NCBI GenBank assembly: GCA_963514005.1
Contig: OY740804.1
Coordinates: 5,394,001 to 5,458,000 of the forward strand
Length of the DNA: 64,000 nucleotides
Direction: 5' to 3'
Source: Raja brachyura
Lineage: Eukaryota
Below are positions 24,501 through 36,500 of this stretch, piece after piece; position 1 is the first letter of the stretch, and each line of letters begins with the position of its first letter. The notes under the pieces are model-generated. The model saw only the letters and a program-made list of their open reading frames with translations, was not told the DNA's origin and made no database searches. A program made the translations under genes and the position numbers.

Positions 24501-27500
24501 CTGGCCTACACCAGCACTGGGAAATCTATTTCTGGAGCCCAGCAACCAAGTATTGTCAAATGGGCCATAATTCCATCATTTTAATCTTGATAAGTTATTA
24601 AATAAGTGCATGGATTTTAGGGTGACGGGGTTTATGCGGAGAAGGCAGGAGAATGGGGTGAAGAGGGGAAGATAGATCAGCCATCATTGAATATTCTATT
24701 TCTGTTTCTATCACGTGATCTTATGAACCACCCCACCCCCACTTCCCCTTCTTGTCCTCATTCCCTCAACTACTTACCAGTGCCGTTGATTTTCACTGGG
24801 AAACTGCAGGGCACGTCACTGCTGGAGATGGACACATTGACCGTTTCACTGGATTTTGATCCACGTTGATTTGAGGCTGTGCAATAATATTGATGGTGTT
24901 GGTGTTTGAAGGATTGACAATGTAGGTCTATGGCATTGTTGTCTGAGATCTTTGAATCCACAGATGGGGTCTTTTCATACCAGGTGTAGCTAATGGGAAG
25001 GGATCCCCGGACCGAGTCACAAGACACTGTCACTGAGCCCCCGAGACAGGAGACATTGGCTGGTGACAGGAATCCAAGCACAGGAACAGACACGGGTTCT
25101 GTGGGAAAGGAGCAAACAGTCAGACACTGAGTGAACATCTGAAAATCAAACACTCGCCAATATCCACCATCTCTGTATCTTAGCCAAAGCCGCCAGGTTG
25201 GAATCTGACCCATCGATCTACATAGAATCATAGAGTCATACAGCATAGAAACAGGCCCTTCGGTCTAAATTGCCCACACTGACCAACACCCCCAAACTAC
25301 ACTAGTTCCCCACCTGACCTTTCTTGGCCCTTAACCCTCTAAACGTATCCTATTCATGTACCTGTCCAATTTTTTCTTAAATAGTACCTACAATAACTAC
25401 TTCTGTCGGCAGTTCGCTTCATGTACCTACCTACCTTAGTGTAAAAATGTTACTCCCCAGACACTTGATAAATTACTCCACCCTCATCTTAAATCTATGT
25501 CCTCTGGTTCTTGATTCCCCTGTGTATGCACAAATGCATTTATGAAGTAAATCGACAGGGACTCACTCCAGTACGGATAAGGACAATGTCACTGCTCAAA
25601 TATTGCATTTCAAAGCGACAGCCAAATTGCCCGCCAGAAAGCTCCTTCTCTTCACAATCCATTCACCAGACATGTACATCTCTGTGTCTCTCCATCCTCC
25701 TAGCTGCCAGAACAACCATGTCTGCCACTGTACCAGTACACAGCAGTACCATCTCTATTTGTTTTGTATTTCCAGCATCTGCACTTTTTAAAATCTGAAT
25801 CTCTGCCACAATTCTACAATACCAACATTCAAACACCTCATTAGTGCAACAGTATCACTATCAACAACTTTTTAATTTCCTTGTATAACATTGTTGATAG
25901 CGATACTGTTGCACTAATGAGGTGCGTGAATGGCGGACTTGCAGAATTGTGTGTAGGAAGCGAATGGGAAAGTGGAATAACATAGAACTAGTGTGACCGG
26001 TGATCGCTAGTCGGTGTAAACTCATTGGGCCAAAGGATCCGTTTCCATGTTGCATTTGTAAACTACAACTAAATATCCGGGTGAACCTTTTCTGTAACCT
26101 CGCCAAACCTCTCACATCTTTTGTTTTATAAAGCGGTGACCAGAAATGTGCACCCGACTCCCACCTAACAAATGTTTTATGTGGATGCCAAAGTGGAGAC
26201 ATCAAGTCAGTCGCTGAGAAACCTACCTTCAGATACTTGGAGATGTACATTAAATGTTGGTTCGCCAGGTGTAGTAATTCCACAACTGTACCACCCTGCA
26301 TCTCCAGAGTGAAGATCCTCCACAGTCACAGTAAATATTCCTCGTGCCGGGTTATCTGTGATTGACACTCTTCCGCTCTGTCCATGTTTCCCATTTGTTT
26401 CCACTACATGCGTACACTGGCGACTTGTCCCACGGCACCAGTATTTTGTGTGTGAGCGGTACACTGCTGCATAGCGACAATCGATTGAGATCGCTCTTCC
26501 CACAACCCCGCTTACTTCACTCTCAGCCCACAGCGCTCCTGAAACTGAAGGAAAAATCTTTCATAAATTGAAGAGCAAAATTAGCCTTTCACAAACATAT
26601 ACATTATAGTACACATCAATGTGTACATGGCAGTCTGCCCAATCATTTTCTTAACTGTGTTGAATTCTACCTAGATTGCGATGAGAGACAGATACTGTAC
26701 ACCGTCCCTCACCAACTGCACAGGTCGTTCCAAAGCGCTTCCCAACCAATGTGGGTGTGAATGGTGAAGAATGATGCATTGAACACGGAGCCTGTTGCAA
26801 TTGGAAGGCGCTGTCTTGGGAGTCATGGTGTGTTGCTGCAGTGCATCGTGCAGATGGTGCAAACTGCTGCTGCCCTGCATCAGCGGGGGAAGTTGAGGAT
26901 GGGGTGTCTATCAAGCACGATTCTGGGTCATGACTGACCAAGCACAAGTGTTCAGCGAAACTGTGGTTTAGGCCAGTGCTTCTTGAACTGATGAATGGTT
27001 CACCCAAGGGTGAATGAAATTATTTTGGGGTGAATTTGTTAATTGATGTTTTTTGCTCATGTGACAAAATAAGTTATATATACAATTATACACAAGGGAG
27101 AATAAGATGAAAATTACCACAAAAAAAAAAGATTTAGCCGAAGGGTGAATGAAATTTTGTGCTAAAGACTCAAGGGTGAATGACACTGAAATAGTTTAAG
27201 AAGAAGTGGCATTGGCTGCGCTTGGTCTCGCATATGTAAACCATTCACGCTCAAGGGTGAGAGGAGTCTTTATTGATGCTGATGGAGTTCCTAAGGCACC
27301 ATGTGTGGTAGATGCCCTCCAAGGCTGGTAGCGGTGTCCCAATAATCTTTTGCGCTCTGTGGACGACGCGCTGAAGAGCTCTCCTCCCCGCCTCCGTGAG
27401 ATACCACACAGATGCCATACGTTAGTATGCTCTCTGTCGTGCAGCGGTAGAAGGTCGTCAGCAGCTGTTGGGGCAGACCAGTCCGTTTCAATTTTCTTAG

Positions 27501-30500
27501 GAAGAACAGTCGTTGCTGTGCCTTTTTGACCAGCACAGCAGTGTTGGTGGACCATGTGAGGTCCTCTGAGATTCTTGGTTATAAATGATCATGGATCCAA
27601 ATAGAATACATTTGGTTGCTTTCTCTTTCTCAAAGTGACTGTGAGATCTTAAGTGGTAGCCAGAAAATCATTTTTAAGGCAGAAGGCAGAAGGCAGAAAC
27701 TTGATGGAATGCACTCAACCCGTTGTGATAAGTGCAGATCTTTCTCTCCTTTCGAGGCTCAACAGCTCCCAGGTGAAAGCAACAGGCAATTTTACTTCGG
27801 AGTCACGTGAGTCACTACTTGAAGAACCCCGTACAGCCGTTGGTGCGTCATGACGCCAGACGCATTCGTGCAGTCGGCCGGTTGGAGCAGCAGCGCTCCT
27901 CCAAGCGGTAAGTTTAAAAACTCGACGTAAGTTTTTAAAAAAATTTCAGAGTTCATTTTCTGTGACGGTTGGTGAGGTCCTTTTGGAAATATTGCAGAAA
28001 GTGAAAAAGGTGGCGTCGAGGCGCTCCGGAGGGAGGAAGGTTGACGACCAGGAGAGTGTTGTTGGTGGAGGCCCGGCTTGTGCACCTGGTCCGATGCCGG
28101 CTATACAGCCAGCGATTGCGGACCCACTGCCTGTGAGCAGTGTCGGCTTGCCAGCAGGGCGGAAGGCAACTGGCAAGTCAGATAGGCCCGTTGACCCAGA
28201 GTCGGGCCTGGAGGTTGTACCCTCTACAGGAGAGTCCGTTTGCTCACGGCTCTCCCAGGTCGAGATTCTATTACAATGAATGCTCGGCAGGGACCAGCTC
28301 CGGGAGGAGGAGTGGTGCCCAAGCTAGGCTGTTGGAGAGCTTGAGCTAGCAGCATCTTTTACAGGGCTGCAGGAATATCCTGCCTGTGAGGAGGATGTTC
28401 CAATGTTGCAGTTCGCTGATACTGAATCTATGGTGGGGGAGAGCAGTAAGGGAATTCAGTTCTAGGTAATTTCTAATATTGCTGGAAAATTTGCTATGCC
28501 CAGAGAGGCAGGAGAGCCGATTGGTGAAGAATTGGCTGCAGCAATTCAGTATATGCTCTCCCACCAGTTACAGCAGTTGGCCATGGATGAGGCCGCAAAG
28601 AAGTATGAAGCTCCTATTAATTGTGATCTTCTGAAAGTACCTGTGGTTAATCATCAGATTTGGACACAGTTGGGGGTGCAGATAGGGCTCAAGAAATGAA
28701 ATTTCAAAAGTGCTCAGATTGTTCTCGGCAGGGCTTACGGCTTTGGTGAAAATAATTGATACAGGGTCTGAAGCCCATCAGGAATCACTGGGACTTTTTG
28801 TAGTGCATTCTTTGAAATCGATAACATCAGAAGAGCCGCTATAAGGCCGATGATTCATCCTAATCTGGTGACTTTGTGCAAACTGCCCAGTGTACCGCCA
28901 CAAAATCTGTTGTGTGGAGGTGATCTTGTTAAAAGAGTTAAAGAATGTCATGAGGATGTAAAAACTATGGGCCTCATTAAGACAGCTGGCAAACAAGGGA
29001 AAATGTTTTATCCTTATCAAAGAGACACCAGTTCGGTTGCAGGGGAAGGAACCAGCCATACAGGTCTACAACACCGGAATTGGCAGGCTGCCTTTTTTTT
29101 TCTATTAGTTCACACGTTTGTGTTGCGACTCGCGACACCTGTGGAATTTTTGCCATCACGGTTCCCTTGAACCCATCAACTCTATCTGTTTCTGAACGGA
29201 GTTTCCCCCCAAACCTGAGCGCAGCAGGAGAGCGAGCCCAGGCCGGAATTGGCAGGCTGCCACCGGTATGAAGGGCAAGGTGCCTTTCTCTACAAGGGGC
29301 CGCAGCCAACAAGGTCTACAAGGACATATGTAGGTAAGGAATATGCCTTTGAGAGAGAATGAATTAAGTAATGTTGCTGTTGAAATTGGGGGAAGGTTAA
29401 AATTGTTTCTCAAACAATGGCAGGAGTTAAAGGCAGATTTGTTTATACTTAACAGTATTGAAGGGGTGAAAATTGAATTTTATTCTAATGAGAGTCCACC
29501 TAATCAACATGTTCCAAGTCGGAAACTTATATTTTCAGATGAAGAAAATGTGCTCATACAAGGAGAAATTAATTCATTACACAAAAAAGGGGCAATTGAG
29601 ACATAGAAACATAGAAACATAGAAATTAGGTGCAGGAATAGGCCATTCGGCCCTTCGAGCCTGCACCGCCATTCAATATGATCATGGCTGATCATCCAAC
29701 TCAGTATCCCGTACCTGCCTTCTCTCCATACCCTCTGATCCCCTTAGCCACAAGGGCCACATCTAACTCCCTCTTAAATATATCCAATGAACTGGCCTCA
29801 ACTACCCTCTGTGGCAGAGAATTCCAGAGACCCACCACTCTCTGTGTGAAAAAATTCCTTCTCATCTCGGTCCTAAAGGGTTTCCCCCTTATCCTTAAGC
29901 TGTGACCCCTTGTCCTGGACGGCCCCAACATCGGGAACAATCTTCCTGCATCTAGCCTGTCCAACCCCTTAAGAATCTTGTAAGTTTCTATAAGATCCCC
30001 TCTCAATCTCCTAAATTCTAGAGAGTATAAACCGAGTCTATGCAGTCTTTGCTCATAAGACAGTCCTGACATCCCAGGAATCAGTCTGGTGAACCTTCGC
30101 TGCATTCCCTCTATGGCAATAATGTCCTTCCTCAGATTTGGAGACCAGAACTGTACGCAATACTCCAGGTGTGGCCTCACCAAGACCCTATACAACTGAA
30201 GTAGAACCTCCCTGCTCCTATACTCAAATCCTTTTGCTATGAAAGCTAACATACCATTGGCTTTCTTCACTGCCTGTTGTACCTGCATGCCTACTTTCAA
30301 TGACTGGTGTACCATGACACCCAGGTCGCGCTGCATCTCCCCTTTTCGTAATCGGCCACCATTTAGATAGTAGTCGGTTTTCCTATTTTTGCCACCAAAG
30401 TGGATAACCTCACATTTATCCACATTATACTGCATCTGCCAAACATTTGCCCACTCACCCAGCCTATCCAAGTCACCTTGCATTCTCCTAGCATCCTCCT

Positions 30501-33500
30501 CACAGCTAACACTGCCCCCCAGCTTAGTGTCATCCGCAAACTTGGAGATATTGCCTTCAATTCCCTCATCCAGATCATTTATGTATATAGACATCAGTCT
30601 ATCTTTGATAGACATCAGTCTATCAAAGTTGTCAATTTGTGTCAAGTATTTTTCCAAGGTCTAAAAAGACTGGGGGATGTAGAATTATCCTGGATTTAAC
30701 GAGTTTGAACAAATTTGTTTGTTATAGGCATTTCCAAATGGAAACTGTTTCCACGGCCAAACATCTAGTTTACAAAGGGTGTTATATGGCAAGCATCGAT
30801 TTAAAAGATGCATATTACTCAGTGTCTATTCATGGTGATGATAGAAGATATTTGAAATTTATTTGGTTGACTCAGTTGTGGCAATTTAAGGTACTGCCTA
30901 ATGGATTAACTTCAGCTCCTAGACTATTTACTAAATTGGCAAAACCTGTGTTAGCATTACTCAGAGCTCAGGGGCAAGTAGTAATGGTCTATTTAGATGA
31001 TATTCTGATTGTTGGAAAGACTCATGCTGAAGCTCAGTTGTCAGTTCCAGTTGTTAAATCCACTTTTGAACAATTAGCGGTTGTAATTCATCCAGATAAA
31101 TCCAAATTATTACCAGTTCAAATCATTGATTATTTGGGATTTACCATTAATTCAAATCACATGTTGGTAACTTTGCCTAGGGACAAATTGCAACAGTTAA
31201 TTGAGCACTGTGTTAATTTCCTTGGAGAACAACGACCTTCAATTAGACAATAGCTAGGTTGATTGGTAAATTGGTGGCTGTATTTCCAGCTGTGCAGTAT
31301 GGTCCTCTGCATTATCAATAAATACAACGATCAAAGGAACAGGCACTGAGAATATAAATGGGCCATTTTGACAGGCCTATGCAGTTGTCAGTTAGGGCAA
31401 GTTTGGACATACAATGGTGGATAGCAAATGCTTCAAAAAGTTTTAGGAAGGTTTTGGTGGAACCGCCTTCAATGATATTGCAGACTGATGTAAGTACACT
31501 AGGTTGGGTTGCAACAGACATGTCTTCCAGCTGTGGAGGCAGATGGAATGCTGATGAAACATTCCTTCTTCAATTAAGAGGGATCAATTATTTAGAGTTG
31601 CTGGGAACCTGGTATGGGCTTAAGGCTTATTGTTCTACCAGTAGGGACTTGCATGTGCAGGTTCAGATTAACAACACCACAGCAGTGGCATATGTAACCC
31701 ACATGGGTGGAGTCAAGTCACAGTCTTGTGATAGACTGGCTAACCAGATTTGGAGCTGGTGCATTGACAAAAATATCTGGATTTCAGCAATTTATTTTCC
31801 AGATAGATTTAACACTGTAGCTGACACTAGGTCACGTCAGTTCAATGATAACATAGAATGGATGTTAAATCAGGATGTATTTAATCAAGTGATTGTTCAG
31901 TATGGAATGCCAGATATTGACTTGTTTGTATCTAGATTAAATCATCAGTTGCCCAGATATGTTTCATGGGAACCAGATCCTGGTGCAGCAGTGGTGGATG
32001 CGTTCTCGCTGCATTGGGGAGGAATGTTTGTGTATGCATTTCTTCCATTTTGTCTCATCAGCAGATGCTTGCAAAAGATCAAGCAGGATTCTGCGTCAGG
32101 GGTATTGGTAGTGCCAGATTGGCCTACACCAGCATGGTTTCCTCTTGCATTACAAATGGCTAGGGAGCCTCACATGATTATTCCCAAGAATGAAAATCTA
32201 CTGGTAAATCCAGTAACTGGGGATCAACATTCTTTACATGATCGTATTGATCTGTTAATTTGCAGATTTTAAGGAGGCCATACCTGGGGAGAGGACTGTC
32301 TGATCGTAATGTGGATGTTCTCATGTCGGCCTGCAGGGATAGTACCCAGAAGCAGTATATCACTGGATGTGGGAGCAATTCTGTCCACACCAGAACATTT
32401 CATATCAAACTGCTGGGATCACAGACGTATTGGAGTTTTTGTCCACTCTTTATTTTGATCAAAAATTAAGTTACAGTGCGATCAATACAGCCTATGAATT
32501 TATTTACCCATGAATTCAGAATTGCATTCAGTAGGGACACATCCGTTAGTTTCATGATTTATGAAGGGAGTTTTCAATTCTAATGCTCCTAAACCCAGGT
32601 ATGCCGGTATTTGGAATGTGAGTGGGCAGTGGGCTCCTGTTGCAAGCTTATCTATAGCCAAATTAACCATGAAGGTGGTCATGCTTATGGCGTTGGTTTC
32701 AGCCCAACATGTACAAACATTGCAAAAGTTTTGGCTAGACAGAATGCATGTGTCGGCAGATGCCATTATATTTTATGTCTATGATTTGCTTAAATATAGT
32801 GGAATAGGCATGACAGGATGTAAGGTTGTGTTTTCACAGATGATCGCTTGTGTGTACTCTCACATTTATCTCGTTACATTGAGGTCACTAAAGCCCTATG
32901 AGGAACAGAGTCTGCATTATTTATTAGTCACAAAAAACCACACAGTAAGGTGTCGGTGCAAACAATTTCAAGGTGGCTAAAACAGGTTCTGGGAAGTGCT
33001 GGAATTGATACTGATAAATTCAAATCTCACTCCACCAGGGCGGCATCAACTTCCGCAGCAAGGGCGATGGACATGCCTATAGACAATATCCTCACGGCCG
33101 ATCAATGCATTATTGATTGTTAACGACTTTTGAGTCAATCAATGCAGTGTGAACGCCGGATTTGGGTCTGCGGCGTGAAATCACAGTGCTTTGAAGTCTT
33201 CACGTAGTTACTCACGTGACTCCGAAGTAAAATAGTAAGATTAAACGAGAACTTGCCAGTTTGAAGTTTGATCTTTATTTTATGAGGAGTCGAGGGACTA
33301 CGTGCCCTCCTCTCCCAACCCTCATAGATTTCATCTGGTAGTTCTAGTCTTTGTTATCTTACTTCAGTCATTGTTATCTGTGAGTTCACTCCGCTGCTTT
33401 CAAGATTGACGCACCAACGGCTGTACGGGGTTCTTCAAATAATCCCTCAACTCGACTCCTCATAAAATAAAGATCAAACTGGTAAGTTCTCGTTTAATCT

Positions 33501-36500
33501 TACTATTATTTACCAGTCCCCCAAACACACTCTCGCATTTTACACCATGAGCTCATGGTGGCTGCAATGATGCCGTCTGCAAATACCAAGAAACCCATGA
33601 ACATCACCACAAGGAGATTAGCAGCAGGTTCAGGGACTCTAGAGGAATTGTGAAACAATATTCCCATGGGAAAAGAACACGCACCTGTATTGTTCATTTC
33701 TGTCACATAACTGCACGTTCCTGCTCCTTTGAAGACTTTCACGTTGAGTATTTCACTGGATATTCTCCCACGATTTTTTGAGGCTGTGCAGTAATATTGA
33801 CGGTTTTGACCTCTAAGGATTTTACAACTCAGAACCAGTTGATTGCCAGACAAGATCATTGAAGACCCATACTCATTCTTCTCAAACCATGTGTAATGGA
33901 TGGGAAGGGATCCATGGACAGACTCACACGACACTGACACTGAGCCTCCGAGACGTGAGGCATTTGCTGGTGACAGATATCTGAGCACAGGAGCAGACAT
34001 GGGTTCTGTGGGAATGGAGCAAATATTCAGTCACCTGTATGAACAGTTCAAAACCAATCACATGCTAAATCTCAGCAGCCCTTTATCTCAGCCAGAACCG
34101 TCCGGTTGATATCTCACCGGCTCATCTACATCTCTGTGAGTGTGCGAAACCCAGAAACCGAAGAAGGTTAGAGTTATAGAGCACCGAAAGATGCCGATCA
34201 CAACAGCTCATTCATGCCGACCAACATGTCTTTCTAGGCCATTTCCATATGTCCACGTTTCTCCCTTATCACTCGTAATGATCCCAATCTACTCAACTGT
34301 CCAAAATGTTTTATAAATTATGTTATTCTAACTGCCTGAACTTCCTCTGGCAGCAGGTTCCATACACATATTACACAATGTGTGGAAAATGTTGTCCCTC
34401 AGAACGGAAGTTGGGATGTTATGTTTCAGTTGTACATATGTGGTTCAGGTCGAACTTGGGTGCATTATGTTCAGCTTCGGCCACTCATCTGTACCAAACA
34501 TGCCACTGCGGTAAATGACACCTTACTAATCCCCCCTCTTTAAATAGTTTCCATTACCTCTGTCTTCCACTTTCTCATCCCGCATATTGTGGGAAAATGA
34601 ACATGATTCTCGTGATTGATACATTTCTCCAAGTTCCTCGCTCAATCATTTCCACAGCAAGGAACGAAGTCCGAGTTTGTCCAATCGCTCCCTGCGGCAA
34701 TCCCATCCTGTCCAGGCAGCGTCGCCCTAAAACCTTTCTGCACGCTGTCCACCTCAACGGCATTTTCCTTGGAGCTGAGGATCTAAAGCTGAACACAATT
34801 CCCAAAGTGCGGACTCAACATCTGCACATCTGAAGCTTATTATCTCAAATCATGTTCTGAATGTTCTCACTGATGATGACCAGCGTGCAAAAAAACCCTA
34901 TTCAATGCCTTGGAATTTAAAGGCGAAAACTAATTACGATCCCTTTAAGATAGACACAAAATGCTGGAGTAACTCAGCGGAGCAGGCAGCATCTCTCGAG
35001 AGAAGGAATGGGTGATGTTTCGCGTTGAGACACTTCTTCAGCCTAAGAGTCGTGGCACAGCGAGAGAGACATGGAAGGGTAAGATGTGAAAACAAATGTG
35101 ACAATGTTGAAGGAAAATGTAGAATTTCATTGTTGACTGAAGGGAATGTGGCAACGTGGCATACAATCAGTAAAATATAATCAGGATGACAGTGAAACTA
35201 AATGGAGAACTAGGATGGGGTCGGGATGGAGAGGAGTAAAGCAAGGGTTACTTGAAGTTCATCGTTTTAACCATATTGACAAGGCCAGCACTTGAGCTGC
35301 TTTAAATACCTGGGAGTCCACATCACAGAGGATCTGACATAGACAACACACACTGCCGCACTGGTGAGTAAGGCAAGGCAGTGCCTTTACCACCTCAGAC
35401 AGCTGAGGAAATTCGGAGACTCTCTGAGGGTCCTTCAGTGCTTCTACTCTGGGGTTATAGAAAGCATCCTGTCCAGCAAATCACAATCTGGTTTGGGAAC
35501 AGCTCTGCCCAGGACAGGAAAGCTCTGCAGAGAATAGTGCGTTTGGCCGAACGTACTATGGGAACTACACTCGCCCCCCCTGCAGGACCTTTTCACCAGG
35601 AGGTGCAGATCCAGAGCCAGCAACATTATGGGGGACCCCTACCACCCCAACAACGGACTGTTCCAGGTCAAGGTCAGGCAAACACCTCCGCTGTCATGCT
35701 GTGAAAGCAGAGACGATGAGACAGAGTTTCTTCCCACAGGCCGTCAGGACTGTAAACTCTTATCTCACCAAGAACTAATTTAATGTACTAACTTACTATT
35801 GTGGTGTGGCTTAAAAAATATATATTTTCTAACATGTAAATACTGATTCTGTTCTGTAGTTTGTGCACAATCCGCAGGCATTGTCACTTTCATTTCACTG
35901 CACATCTTGTATGTATATGTGACAAATAAAGTTGACTTGTCTTGTATCATTTTGCTCAAAACACTGGGTTGTAAGCTGCCCAAGCGAAATATGAGGTGCT
36001 GTTCCTCCAATTTGCCTTTGACCTCACTCTGACAGTGGAGGAGGTCCAGGACAGAAAGGTCAGTTTGGGATTGAGACGGGGAATTAAAGCGTTTAGCAAT
36101 CGGGACGTAGCGTAGGCTGAGGGAGACTGAGCGGAGTTGTTCAGCGAAACGATCGCCGAGTCTGCGCTTGGTCTCGCCGATATGTCGGAGTTCACACCTG
36201 GAACAGCAGATATAGTTGACGAGGTTGGAGGAGATGCAAGTGAACCTCTGCCTCACCCGCAAAGACTGTTGGAGTCCTTGGACGGAGTAGACGGAGGAGG
36301 TATAGAGACAGGTGTTGCGTCTCCTGCAGTGCTAAGGGAAGGTACCTGGGGAGGGGGTGGTTTGGGTGGGAAAGGCCGAATTGACCACAAACTTGCGGAG
36401 GGAATGGTGTCATCGGAAGCAGAAAGTGGTTGTGATGGAAAGATGTGGCTAGTCGTGCGATCCCGTTGGAGGTGGCGAAAATGTCGGAGGATTATGTGTT

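Noticed and set aside
31850-32150. Adenine methyltransferase-like motifs as possible bacterial or phage transfer
   Set aside because: This domain is a known component of DIRS1 elements and is present in both DIRS copies.
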